From an uncultured Desulfarculaceae bacterium (lineage in GTDB: Bacteria > Desulfobacterota > Desulfocorpusculales > Desulfocorpusculum), in contig CAYPWF010000005.1 of NCBI GenBank assembly GCA_964414345.1, positions 6,974 through 70,973 of the forward strand: a stretch of DNA of 64,000 nt. Direction: 5' to 3'. A model generated the notes under the pieces. That model searched no databases. It saw only the letters and a program-made list of their open reading frames with translations, and was not told the DNA's origin. How positions within the stretch are numbered: position 1 is the stretch's first letter; each line of letters opens with the position of its first letter. The position numbers were made by a program, and so were the translations under genes. This document shows positions 8,611-18,130 of this stretch, in pieces.

Positions 8611-11600
8611 TTAACGTCCTCCGGTTCCCGTGGCCTTTTTTTCCTCTTCCAGGTTTTGCTCCAGATCAAAAAGCAGTCCTTCTATCTGTGCGTACACTTG
8701 CTCGTCCTTGTAATGCTTGAGGAAAATGGCCCCTGTGGGACACTTGGTGTTGCAAAGCCCGTCCCCTTTGCAAAGCACAGGATTCACGCTGGCCTTTCGG
8801 CCCTGGGGGGTGTCGCGGAACTCTATGGCCCCATAAGTACAGCAGGAGATACAGGCCCCACAGCCCACACACCTCTGCTCCTCCACATCACAGACGGATC
8901 CAGAGGCCACTATTCTGTCCTGGGAAAGCAGGGTTAGGACTCGGCCGGCAGCGCCATAGGCCTGGGAGACAGCCTCTGGAATATGCTTTGGATAGTGGGC
9001 AATGCCGCAAAGATAAACCCCGTCAGCTCCGAAATCCACAGGCCTGAGCTTTACATGAGCCTCCTGGAAAAATCCGTCCGGGTTTAGGTTCACCTTGAAC
9101 AACTGGGCCAACTCCCTGGTTTTGGCCGAGGGGATAACTGCCGCCGCCAAGGCCACTAGATCAACACTTAGTTCCAGTTTCTTGCCCAGCACATAGTCCG
9201 GACAGCTCACTTTAAGGACACTTCTGCCTTCCTCTGTGGCCGCCTCAACCTCGGGCATACTCTGGGGTTCATACCTTATGAATCTAACACCTTTTTCGGC
9301 CGCTTCTCTGTAAGAGTCCTCCCTGAAGCCATAGGTCCTCATGTCCCTGAAAAGAACGTAGACGTCCAAAGCGGGGTTCAGCTCCTTGAGCAGAAGGGCG
9401 TTTTTCACCGAATGGCTACAGCATATTCTGGAGCAGTAATTCCTCTCCTGATTCCTGCAGCCCACACACTGGATCATGGCAATGCTTTGGGCTCCCAGAA
9501 TCCTTTCATCCTTCTTGGCTATGAGCTCTTCCAGCTCTATGTTGGTAAGCACCCTGGGATCTTGCCCGTAGAGATATTCGGTGGGCTTGTACTCCTCTGC
9601 TCCTGTGGCTATCACAGCCGCCCCATGCCGGATCTCCTGCATTCTCCCCTGCGACCTGACACTCGTTGTGAAATTGCCCACATAGCCCTTGCAGCCCAGG
9701 ATGGAGGCCCCAAGGAGCACGTGTATCAGGGGATGCCGGTTGACCTTTTCAATGAGATGTCCCAAATAGTTCTGGACGTCTATTCCCTCCAGGGTGTAAT
9801 GGAGCCTTCGCGCTATCCCTCCCAGCTCATCCTCCTTCTCCAGCAGGTACACTTCATGGCCCTGCTCCGCTATGCTGAGGGCGCAGGTCATACCCGCAAT
9901 CCCACCTCCCACAACCAGGGCCCTCTTGTCCACAGGAAGGTAGAATTCTTCCAGAGGCTCCAGCATCGTGCTTCTGGCCACAGACATTCTGACTATGTCC
10001 TTGGCCTTCTCTGTGGCCTCCTCTTTCTCCCTGGAGTGGACCCAGGAACAATGCTCCCTGATGTTAGCCATGTCAAAGAAATACTGGTTGATGCCGGCCA
10101 TGCGCAGGGTGTCCCTAAACAAGGGCTCGTGTGTCCTTGGAGTGCATGCAGCCACTATCACTCTGTTGAGGCCCTTCTCCTGTATGGTGTCCGCTATGGC
10201 CTTGGCAGAATCGCTGGAGCAGGAGAAAAGCTGCTCCTGGGCATGGGCCACATGGGGTAGGCTTAGGGCGTAATCCACCACAGAGGGGACATCCACCACA
10301 CGTCCTATATTGGCCCCACAGTGGCAAACAAAAACTCCCACTCTGGGTTCCTCTTGGGATACATCTCTCTCAGCAGGGTAAACCCGCTCAGTGGCCAGCT
10401 TTCCTCGCCTTCGCCTCAAGAGCTCCCCGCATTTTGAGCCGGCTCCGCTTGCACTCACAACGCTCTCTGGTATGTCCACTGGCCCCTGGAAGGCGCCGCT
10501 TACATAGATGCCGGGACGGGTTGTCTCTATGGGATTGCCTGGGTTTGTTTTGCAGAAACCGTGCTCATTCAGCTCTATGCCGAATATCTTAGCCAGATCC
10601 TCTGCCCCCGCGGGCGGCCTCAGGCCCACGGACAAGACCACCATGTCAAACTCCTCTTCCTTGACCCCCTCCTCGAAGGTGGAATACCTTATTCTTACCC
10701 CTTTGGTCTCAGGGTTCTCCCCAACCACCGAGACGTAGCTTCTCACAAACCTGATACCCGGCAAGCGCTCTGTTCTTTGGTAAAACCTCTCGAAATCCTT
10801 CCCGTAGGATCGGATGTCGTTGTGGAATATGGTGCATTGGGCCTCGGCGTCATGATCCTTGGTAAGGATCACCTGTTTTTGGGTGTATGTGCAGCAGACC
10901 GCCGAACAGTAGCTGTTCCCCCCCGGCAAAACGGTCCTGGAGCCCACGCAATGGATCCAAGCCAGCTTCCTGGGATGTTTTAGATCCGAAGCCCTTCTTA
11001 TCTCCCCCTCATAGGGACCAGTGGAGCAAAGTATCCTCTCGTACTCCAGGCTGGTGACCACATTGTGGAAACGGCCGTAACCGTACCGCTCCAACATCTG
11101 CCGGTCCACTATTTTGTAGCCTGGAGACAGTATGACAGCCCCCACCTTCACTTCCACCCTCTCTGGTTTCTGGGTGAAATCTATGGCCTTGTTCTTACAT
11201 ACGGTCTGGCAGATCCTACATTTCTTTTCCTTGAGATAAAGGCAGTTCTCGTCGATGTATGTGACCAGGGGGATGGCCTGTGAAAAGTATATGTGGATGG
11301 CCTTGTTCTTGGATATGTCCTGGTTGAAGGGATCGGGGACTTTCACAGGGCAATATTCCACGCAGGTTGTACAGCCGGTGCACACATCCTCCAACACATA
11401 CCTGGGCTTTTTCACCAGGGTCACTCTAAAGTCCCCGGGTTCTCCCTCAAGCCTCTCCACCTCCGTATAGGTCATGATCTCTATGTTCTGGTGCCTGCTG
11501 CATTCGATGAACTTGGGAGACTCTATGCACATGGAGCAATCATTGGTGGGAAAGGTCTTGTCCAGAAGAGCCATGTGTCCGCCTATGGCCGGAGACTCCT

Positions 11601-11745
11601 CTACAAGAAAGACCTTGAAGCCTGCTGTGCCCAAATCCAGGCAAGCTTGGATGCCGCTTATCCCGGCCCCCACCACCATCACATCTGCACAATTGGCGGT
11701 GGAAAGTTTCTCCAGCAACTTCATCATCTCAGAACGGATTTCCAT
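8611..11745 (-). CDS. bamE: BamE-like: tandem double-FAD HdrA-like flavoprotein with multiple 4Fe-4S clusters (1044 aa)
   Basis: Two dinucleotide-binding motifs (VVGAGISGIQACLDLGTAGFKVFLVEE and VVGGGIAGMTCALSIAEQGHEVYLLEKE), the HdrA-type CSMCIESPKF, and a C-terminal ferredoxin CVGCGACISCC...CKGDGLCNTKCP. The size matches the ~110-kDa BamE. Confidence 0.85.
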   Translation of the reverse strand: MEIRSEMMKLLEKLSTANCADVMVVGAGISGIQACLDLGTAGFKVFLVEESPAIGGHMALLDKTFPTNDCSMCIESPKFIECSRHQNIEIMTYTEVERLEGEPGDFRVTLVKKPRYVLEDVCTGCTTCVEYCPVKVPDPFNQDISKNKAIHIYFSQAIPLVTYIDENCLYLKEKKCRICQTVCKNKAIDFTQKPERVEVKVGAVILSPGYKIVDRQMLERYGYGRFHNVVTSLEYERILCSTGPYEGEIRRASDLKHPRKLAWIHCVGSRTVLPGGNSYCSAVCCTYTQKQVILTKDHDAEAQCTIFHNDIRSYGKDFERFYQRTERLPGIRFVRSYVSVVGENPETKGVRIRYSTFEEGVKEEEFDMVVLSVGLRPPAGAEDLAKIFGIELNEHGFCKTNPGNPIETTRPGIYVSGAFQGPVDIPESVVSASGAGSKCGELLRRRRGKLATERVYPAERDVSQEEPRVGVFVCHCGANIGRVVDVPSVVDYALSLPHVAHAQEQLFSCSSDSAKAIADTIQEKGLNRVIVAACTPRTHEPLFRDTLRMAGINQYFFDMANIREHCSWVHSREKEEATEKAKDIVRMSVARSTMLEPLEEFYLPVDKRALVVGGGIAGMTCALSIAEQGHEVYLLEKEDELGGIARRLHYTLEGIDVQNYLGHLIEKVNRHPLIHVLLGASILGCKGYVGNFTTSVRSQGRMQEIRHGAAVIATGAEEYKPTEYLYGQDPRVLTNIELEELIAKKDERILGAQSIAMIQCVGCRNQERNYCSRICCSHSVKNALLLKELNPALDVYVLFRDMRTYGFREDSYREAAEKGVRFIRYEPQSMPEVEAATEEGRSVLKVSCPDYVLGKKLELSVDLVALAAAVIPSAKTRELAQLFKVNLNPDGFFQEAHVKLRPVDFGADGVYLCGIAHYPKHIPEAVSQAYGAAGRVLTLLSQDRIVASGSVCDVEEQRCVGCGACISCCTYGAIEFRDTPQGRKASVNPVLCKGDGLCNTKCPTGAIFLKHYKDEQVYAQIEGLLFDLEQNLEEEKKATGTGGR

Positions 11746-11968
11746 ATCTCATCCCCTCATGGTTGAAAACCTAGGCCAGAACCATCCAAACCATACCATA
11801 CGCCAAAGTCCCTCATCGGGGGTTAAACCCCAGGCCCTTGTAAGAGCTTCACATTTTCCGACTCAAGCCCAAGCAGAACCGGAAATAAAGCTACCTATGA
11901 GCATGGACCATTTTTCATCTTGCCGTGACCCCCAAGAAGGCCCAAATCAGGCTCCTGAGCAACACAAT

Positions 11969-13129
11969 CTAAACCACCTCAGCCAAAACTTCGCTGATCT
12001 CCTTGATCTCTATCACTTCGCTGTCAGGCCTGTTGAGCCTGCTGTCTTCGAAATTGGTTATGCAGTAAGGGCAGGAGGTGACCAAGACCCTGGCCCCTGT
12101 CTCCACAGCCTGCTGGAGCCTGAGGTCAGAGAACCTCTCGTTCCTGGGGGTTTCCATCCAGATGCGCCCGCCTCCTCCCCCGCAACACAGGCTGCTTTCC
12201 CGCTGGTCGGGCATTTCCAGGAGCTCCAGCCCTGGTATGCTCTTGAGGATCTGACGGGGCTCCTCGAATACGTTGTTGTGCCTGCCCAGGTAGCATGGGT
12301 CATGGTAGGTCACGGATTTAGGGAACTCCCCTTTTACCTCCAGCCTGCCCTCCTTTATAAGCTCCCAGAGGTACTGGGAAATGTGCACCACCTCCAGGTT
12401 CATGCCCAGAGCTGGGTATTCGTTCTTGAAGGTGTGGTAACAATGTGGGGAGGAAACCAGTATTTTTCTTACTCCATGGTCTACGAAACTCTTGATGTTT
12501 TCCCTGGCCAGCCGTTTGAAAAGCTGCTCGTCGCCTGTTTTTCGGATGCTCTCCCCGCAGCAGTTCTCCTTGGGGCCCAAAATCCCGAAGTCCACCCCGG
12601 CCTTGCTGAGGATAGTGGCGGTTGCCTTGGCCACCTTTTTCAGCCTGGCATCGTAGCTTGGGTAGCAGCAAGCAAAATAGAGGATTTCGGTGCCTTCCTC
12701 GTAGCTCTTGACCGGGAGCCCATCTGCCCAGCGGGCCCTGTTGGCCCTTTCCTCGTTTAGGGGATTGCCCTGTCCAACCAGGCTTGCGCTAACCGTACGA
12801 ATGGGTTTCACCGGATTAGGGAATATGCCGTAATCCGTGGCTATCTTGCGAAGCGCCACTCCTGCCTCTATCTGATTAACACCCCTGGGACAGCGCTGGG
12901 GACAGGTCCCACAGGTGGTACAGCGCCAGATCTCCTCCCCCTCTATTTCCGTGAGACCGAAGACCCCTTCGCGGATTATCCTTCGCATGCTGAAACTGGT
13001 GACCCGGTTCCAAGGGCATACGGCATCACAAAGACCGCATTGATAGCAAAGCCTGAAGGATTCCCCCCCGGATTGCTCTACCAGCTCTATGATCTCCTTG
13101 TAAGGCGCCACGGTCTCCACTTCACTCAT
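11969..13129 (-). CDS. bamD: BamD-like: HdrD/GlcF-type Fe-S protein with 2x[4Fe-4S] and two CCG cysteine-rich domains
   Basis: CYQCGLCDAVCP and CTTCGTCPQRCP ferredoxin motifs, followed by CCG-type motifs (CCYPSYDA..., CCGESIRK, CCGGGGG). Confidence 0.8.
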   Translation of the reverse strand: MSEVETVAPYKEIIELVEQSGGESFRLCYQCGLCDAVCPWNRVTSFSMRRIIREGVFGLTEIEGEEIWRCTTCGTCPQRCPRGVNQIEAGVALRKIATDYGIFPNPVKPIRTVSASLVGQGNPLNEERANRARWADGLPVKSYEEGTEILYFACCYPSYDARLKKVAKATATILSKAGVDFGILGPKENCCGESIRKTGDEQLFKRLARENIKSFVDHGVRKILVSSPHCYHTFKNEYPALGMNLEVVHISQYLWELIKEGRLEVKGEFPKSVTYHDPCYLGRHNNVFEEPRQILKSIPGLELLEMPDQRESSLCCGGGGGRIWMETPRNERFSDLRLQQAVETGARVLVTSCPYCITNFEDSRLNRPDSEVIEIKEISEVLAEVV

Positions 13130-13240
13130 CTCCTTCCAAGGCAGGCTTCTCGATCAAGAAGCACAGGGGCTCCAGGCCCAAAGAAGCCTTGGCCCTTGTT
13201 GCGTGCCCCTCCAGGGTTCAAGGTCACTTCCCAGCCACCC

Positions 13241-13789
13241 TCATTCTTTCTTGGAAACTTTCTCACCCGAAACTCTAGCTATGGTCTCTATGACCTTCTC
13301 CATACCATATTTTTCCAAGAGGGCTTCAACACCCATCTCCAGATCCTCGGGCTTGGCATCTTCTTGCCCTTCCTCTTCCCTCTCCTCGTAGGTCAAGGCA
13401 TCCACCAAACACCACTTCACGCACATGGGCTCTTTGAGCTCCGGGTCGTCCTCGCACATGTCGCACTTGAGGGGCAGTCCTGAGTCGGGCTCCTTGAAAA
13501 GATCCCTGGAAGAGCAGGAGGCGTTACAGAAGTTGCATTCCCCGTAGTCCCTTCCGTCTATCACATAAGAATGTCTTCCGGCGCACTCGGCCTCGGCATG
13601 ATACCCGGCCCTGATAGGCAGAAAAACATTGTCCAGTTCGTCCCTAATCACCCTTATCCTGGATCTGGAAGGGTTGTTGCTGGCGTACTTTGGCGAGGAA
13701 TGAAAGGCTGAGCAGGCAACCTCGCAAGCCCTGCAGCCGTTACACTTGTCCACATCAACCTTTATGGATTTTATCTTCTTTTTTTGCAC
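13241..13789 (-). CDS. bamC: BamC-like: small poly-ferredoxin (4Fe-4S) electron-transfer subunit
   Basis: CNGCRACEVAC, CNFCNASC and CDMCEDDP...CVKWC cluster-binding motifs; 182 aa (~20 kDa); directly downstream of the AOR-family gene. Confidence 0.75.
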   Translation of the reverse strand: MQKKKIKSIKVDVDKCNGCRACEVACSAFHSSPKYASNNPSRSRIRVIRDELDNVFLPIRAGYHAEAECAGRHSYVIDGRDYGECNFCNASCSSRDLFKEPDSGLPLKCDMCEDDPELKEPMCVKWCLVDALTYEEREEEGQEDAKPEDLEMGVEALLEKYGMEKVIETIARVSGEKVSKKE

Positions 13790-13925
13790 CGTCGACTCCT
13801 TTCCCGCGGCCCGAGTCTTCCTACAAGGCCCAAAACTAATCTAAGAGTCTTCCCAGACTTCAGAACCAAGACCCCCTCACGCTGCTTCCAAACTCCTTAG
13901 ACCCAGCTTCCAAGTCTCACCCCGC

Positions 13926-15890
13926 CTACCCCTCCAGAATGCCCCTTTCCACAAAGTCCTGGTAAACATAATCCAAGCCCAGGTTCTGCAAGGTCTCCTT
14001 GGTGGGTATACCCTGGCTGTTCCAGCCCTTGTATCTGTAATATTCCTCCAAGAGCTGGTTCTCATATTCCGGGAATCTCTTTTTCCAGTGATCATCCGGG
14101 GGGCGCTCGTCCTGCCTTCTCATGCCTTTCCTTATGTTTATGGATCTGACCATGTTCCTGACCCTGCTGGCTGCGCTCCAGAGGGAATCCTCGTCCATGT
14201 CCAGACCTGTGGCATAAGAGATTAAGGGCGCCAGGTTGTGGATGTGGTATGGAGGCTTTAGAGGGAAGGAAGAAAGCCCCGCGCAAATCCCTGTGGAATC
14301 ATCTATATAGTGCATTATCTCCTGCCAGTCCACCAGGTCGCAGATCACATCCACTGAGGGATAGAAGGGAAACACCTTGCCCTCCTCACCCCACTCCAGG
14401 ATAAACTCCTTGAATTTCTCCTCTTTCCCGCTGGGCACATGCACCCAATCCCTCACGAACTCCTCCCTCACGTCCTTGGGCAGAGGGGTCTGGGGTATCT
14501 GGCCTTCGATCTGGGTGATATTTATCTTTTCCCCCGTGGACCACATGAGGAAGTAAATGGGATTCAACATGCCCAGTTTGATGGGGATCTGTTCATGCTT
14601 TTTTATGGTGTTGTGGTCAAAGGCTTCGGCCCCTTTTCCTATGCGGCGGGCCGCCCAATAAACCCCGTCGGCCAGCACATCCCCTATACCCTCTCTTCTC
14701 ACGATCCTGTCCAGGAGCCAGTTGAACTTGCCTTCGGTGTCGGAGGGCATGCCTTCTAGGTCCTTGTCGGTCAAAATCCCCGCCTCGTGAAGCTCCAGGG
14801 CAAAGGCCATGACCTGCGGGGTGGAGAACCCGTCGACCCCGTACTCCTGGGCACGGCCCGCTATTCTGAGGCCGAAGTCCAGATCGTCAGCCATGGCTGC
14901 CATCACGTAGGTCAGCTTGGAGAAGCACTTCATGGTGTAAGTGGGATAGCCTGGTATGGAGATGATGCCAGCGCAGCGCACCGGACAGTTGTAACAGCTT
15001 ATGAGCCTCTTTCTGGCCGACTCCAGAGTCTCGGTCCATTTTTTCTCCACGTCCTTGTTCCAGAAGTCCTTCCTCCTGTGCCTGGCATTCCCCCAAGCAA
15101 AGGCTATGGTGTGCCACTCCTCGTCGTGCACGGCCATTTCCTGGGGAGAGCCTATCCTGGCCAGAATCGGAGGTACACCCTTCAAGGGATTGTTAGCCCG
15201 GTGCTGTATGTATTCCAGTATCTGGTTGCATATCTCCATAAACTCGGCGGACTTGGCGATGTTAAGATCCTTGGTGCCCCGCACAGCTATGGCCTTTAGG
15301 TTCTTGTCCCCCATGATGGCCCCAAGGCCCAACCTGCTGGCGCTTCCCCTATGACTCTCTATGGAGGAGAAGAAAACCCTGTTCTCCCCAGCCAGGCCTA
15401 TGGCCATGACCTGGGCTTTGGGCTCCTTGAGCTCCTCCCTGAGCAGCTCTGCGGTCTCGTAGGTGCTCTTCCCCCTGAGGTGACTAGCATCCCTTATCTC
15501 CACCTTGTCGTTGTTTATCCAGATGTACACCAGCTCAGGCGACTTGCCCCTGATGACAACCTTGTCATACCCGGCGTACTTCAGCTCTGGAGCCCAAAAT
15601 CCACCCATCATGGAGTAACCCATGAGCTGGGTCTGGGGTGAAATGGAGGAAATTATGGTCCGGTTGGCTCCAGGGGCCGGGGTGCCACAGAGGAGCCCTG
15701 AGCTGAATATGAGGAGGTTTTCGGGGGAGAAAGGCTCTACCTCCGGAGGTACCCTGTCCCACAACATCTTGGAATTGGTTCCAAGCCCACCCAGGTAAAG
15801 CGGAGTAAGCCTCGGGTCGGTCTCCACCCTCTCTATGCTTCCTCTGGACAGATCAATTTCCAGGTTGAACCCTGTCTCGGCATACCTCAT
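13926..15890 (-). CDS. bamB: BamB-like: aldehyde:ferredoxin oxidoreductase (AOR)-family tungsten/molybdenum-pterin enzyme. Candidate active-site subunit of class II benzoyl-CoA reductase.
   Basis: 654 aa; AOR-family N-terminal domain (MRYAETGFNLEIDLSRGSIERVETDP...LGGLG...) and an AOR-type C-terminal domain; sits at the head of the bamBCDEFGHI-ordered operon. Confidence 0.8.
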   Translation of the reverse strand: MRYAETGFNLEIDLSRGSIERVETDPRLTPLYLGGLGTNSKMLWDRVPPEVEPFSPENLLIFSSGLLCGTPAPGANRTIISSISPQTQLMGYSMMGGFWAPELKYAGYDKVVIRGKSPELVYIWINNDKVEIRDASHLRGKSTYETAELLREELKEPKAQVMAIGLAGENRVFFSSIESHRGSASRLGLGAIMGDKNLKAIAVRGTKDLNIAKSAEFMEICNQILEYIQHRANNPLKGVPPILARIGSPQEMAVHDEEWHTIAFAWGNARHRRKDFWNKDVEKKWTETLESARKRLISCYNCPVRCAGIISIPGYPTYTMKCFSKLTYVMAAMADDLDFGLRIAGRAQEYGVDGFSTPQVMAFALELHEAGILTDKDLEGMPSDTEGKFNWLLDRIVRREGIGDVLADGVYWAARRIGKGAEAFDHNTIKKHEQIPIKLGMLNPIYFLMWSTGEKINITQIEGQIPQTPLPKDVREEFVRDWVHVPSGKEEKFKEFILEWGEEGKVFPFYPSVDVICDLVDWQEIMHYIDDSTGICAGLSSFPLKPPYHIHNLAPLISYATGLDMDEDSLWSAASRVRNMVRSINIRKGMRRQDERPPDDHWKKRFPEYENQLLEEYYRYKGWNSQGIPTKETLQNLGLDYVYQDFVERGILEG

Positions 15891-16031
15891 TTCGTCCCCC
15901 CACTGTCGAGCTTAGCGCTTTTGCTTCTTGGAACCTAGGAGCCCCCCGAAAGCAGCTGTTTCAAGCTGTCTTGCGAACCCCTAGGCAGGGCCTCGAACCG
16001 GAAAGGCCTGAGACCTCATCACTAAATTCAT

Positions 16032-16052
16032 ACTAGTCTCTTTGCGACTAGT
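16032..16052. promoter_or_regulatory. Operator-like site ACTAGTCTCTTTGCGACTAGT (two ACTAGT palindromes, 15-bp centre spacing) upstream of bamB, with an adjacent ACCAGATAG motif at 16058-16068
   Basis: Near-identical to the site upstream of padR at 21506-21528. Located in the 220-bp gap between the activase-gene stop (16110) and the bamB start (15890). Confidence 0.55.
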
Positions 16053-16109
16053 ATCAATCTATCTGGTCCCTGAAAGCTTGTCAACACTTTTTTTGATTCC
16101 GGAGATGGT

Positions 16110-17006
16110 TCAGGAAGAAAGCTGGACCCCATGGGTCTTTTCAAACCTTGGGTTTTTTTCTAAGAGGGACTTGGCAAACACAGCAGCTCCAATGGCCCCG
16201 GCCAGCTGCGTGTCGTATCTGGGTTGAAGGCTCTTGAGTCCCAACTCCCTCTCCACCCGCGCCACAACCCCTGAGTTCTTGGCTATGCCCCCTGTGATGG
16301 CGAACTCCCTCTCTACCCCGATCCGTTCCAGCAGCAGAACCACCCTGCGAGCCATGGCCAAGCAGTAAGCTGCAGCGACCTTTTCCCTGGACCAACCAGA
16401 TCTAAGGAGCCTTGAGGCCTCGCTCTTGGCGAACACCACACAAGTGCTGCTCACAGCAGGAGGCTCCTGTTCCACCTTCAGGGAAAGCTCTCCCATCTCC
16501 TCAAGGGGAAGGCCCATTAATTCAGCCAGGACCTCGATCCCCCGGCCAGTGCCGGCGGCACACTTGTCGTTCATGATAAAAGACAGGACCTTTCCTTCCT
16601 GGTCACAACGGATTGCTTTACAGTCCTGCCCTCCCATGTCCAGAATCGTGCGCACCGAAGAGCCGTAAATGAAATTAGCTCCTTTGGCGTGACAGGCTAT
16701 TTCGGTTACCGTGCGATTCGCAAAGGGTATGTTGACCCTTCCGTATCCGGTCCCAACGATGTAATGAATCTCTCCTAGGGTTAGGCCTGTGTTCTCCAAG
16801 GCCCACTCCATGGCCCTTGTGGCGCTCTTGGCGCTTTGGGAGCCTGTATGGATGTTGGAGTAACAGTAGAGTTGCCCGTCAAGCATTACTACGGCTTGGG
16901 TGCTCACAGAGCCTACATCCACTCCGGCGGTTATTAGCTTGGCTTTTCTCCAGTCCAGATCAGGGGAGTTCCATCTGACCTCAGCCCATGTTGAAAACCC
17001 TGACAT
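16110..17006 (-). CDS. BadF/BadG/BcrA/BcrD-family ATPase (HgdC-type CoA-substrate-specific enzyme activase), copy 2
   Basis: ITAGVDVGSVSTQAVVML ASKHA-fold phosphate-1 motif; NDKCAAGTG cluster-bridging motif; 298 aa. Confidence 0.75.
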   Translation of the reverse strand: MSGFSTWAEVRWNSPDLDWRKAKLITAGVDVGSVSTQAVVMLDGQLYCYSNIHTGSQSAKSATRAMEWALENTGLTLGEIHYIVGTGYGRVNIPFANRTVTEIACHAKGANFIYGSSVRTILDMGGQDCKAIRCDQEGKVLSFIMNDKCAAGTGRGIEVLAELMGLPLEEMGELSLKVEQEPPAVSSTCVVFAKSEASRLLRSGWSREKVAAAYCLAMARRVVLLLERIGVEREFAITGGIAKNSGVVARVERELGLKSLQPRYDTQLAGAIGAAVFAKSLLEKNPRFEKTHGVQLSS

Positions 17007-17094
17007 GCCTCGCTCCTGCCTTATGCCTTGCAGCCTGTCTGAGAACCGGCCTTTCTCCCAAGCCGTAATTGGTCACCTGTGGGGATGGCTTACC

Positions 17095-17865
17095 TCAAAC
17101 CTTCTCAGCCCCGAGGAGCGCTGCCCCCAAGGCACCTACCAGCTCGGGCTGCTCGGGAACCTTCACCTCAACTCCCAAAAGCCTGCTTAGGGCCTGCACC
17201 ACCCCAATATTTCTTCCCACACCCCCCACCAGCAGCACCTCGGGTTCCACCCCGACCCGCCTCACCATGGAGGCTATCCGCTCGGCAATGGCGTCATGCA
17301 CGGCCCGAGCCATGTCGGGTTTGGGGGTGTTGGCGTGCACCAGAGAAATAACCTCGCTTTCTGCGAAAACAGTACACTGGGCATTGATGCAAACCTGCTT
17401 TGTGGCCTCCAAGGCCAAAGGGCCCATCTCTTCCAGCTTCACCTCCAGGGCCCTGGCCATGGTTTCCAAAAAAACTCCGGCTCCAGCAGCACATCTGTCG
17501 TTTATGACAAAATCAACCAGCCTCCCACGGCTGTCGGTCCTAAGAGCCCTGGCCTCCTCTGCCCCCACATCTATGACCGTTCTGGCATTGGGGGAAAAAT
17601 ACACGGCTCCTCTGGCATCCGCGCTCACCTCGGTTACGGTGTCGTGGTGAAAGCCCACCTGTTGCTTGCCGCATCCAGTGGCCACAACCCTTTGCACCTT
17701 TTCCTTTGGGACTCCGGCTACATCCAGGGCTTCCCCATAAGCCTTTTCCACTGCAGCAGCTGTATCCCCTCCGGCCACAACCAGACTCCAGCCAAGTATC
17801 CCAGACTCTCCCAGAATCACAACCTTCACAGTTTTGGCTCCGCAGTCCACCCCTGCTGTTATCAT
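17095..17865 (-). CDS. BadF/BadG/BcrA/BcrD-family ATPase (HgdC-type activase), copy 1
   Basis: Start at MITAGVDCGAKTVKVVILGESG; NDRCAAGAG motif; 257 aa. Confidence 0.75.
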   Translation of the reverse strand: MITAGVDCGAKTVKVVILGESGILGWSLVVAGGDTAAAVEKAYGEALDVAGVPKEKVQRVVATGCGKQQVGFHHDTVTEVSADARGAVYFSPNARTVIDVGAEEARALRTDSRGRLVDFVINDRCAAGAGVFLETMARALEVKLEEMGPLALEATKQVCINAQCTVFAESEVISLVHANTPKPDMARAVHDAIAERIASMVRRVGVEPEVLLVGGVGRNIGVVQALSRLLGVEVKVPEQPELVGALGAALLGAEKV

Positions 17866-18130
17866 CCCAGCGCTCCTGAATCCAAGCCTAACCCCCCCAA
17901 GCCCCATCCGCAAAGAAAGAGAAAAACCCGGTCATCCCAAAAAGAAATTATCACCGGCCCAGGTTCCTGCACAAGCTAAGAGGTCACATTTTTTCACCTA
18001 CAGATAATCAGGCTCCATTCTCCTGGGGAGGCACGGCCCCCATTTCAGGGGGCTTGAGCGACCTGTATCTTTTTTTCCGAAAAGAAAACCTGTCAAGGGA
18101 ATCGGCCGGGCCTAAGAACACAGGTACCCA

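Noticed and set aside
9412-10260. 282-aa plus-strand ORF inside bamE, and many similar long ORFs antisense to real genes (e.g. 11474-12760, 5181-5924, 17296-17979, 30467-31342, 39985-40875)
   Set aside because: They lie fully within, and antisense to, genes with strong conserved motifs. The high GC content produces long spurious open frames, and their translations are low-complexity and P/G/R-rich with no recognisable domains.
7842-11745. Selenocysteine (in-frame TGA) in bamE/bamF, as proposed for some Geobacter homologs
   Set aside because: Both reading frames are uninterrupted in the supplied ORF track, and no SECIS-like hairpin after a TGA was seen. These are presumably Cys-containing variants.
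16110-17913. A class I (ATP-dependent) benzoyl-CoA reductase inferred from two BcrA/BcrD-like ATPases
   Set aside because: No BcrB/BcrC (or BzdN/BzdO) catalytic subunits are adjacent, and the flanking genes are the class II Bam set. I keep them as orphan activase-type ATPases (see findings).
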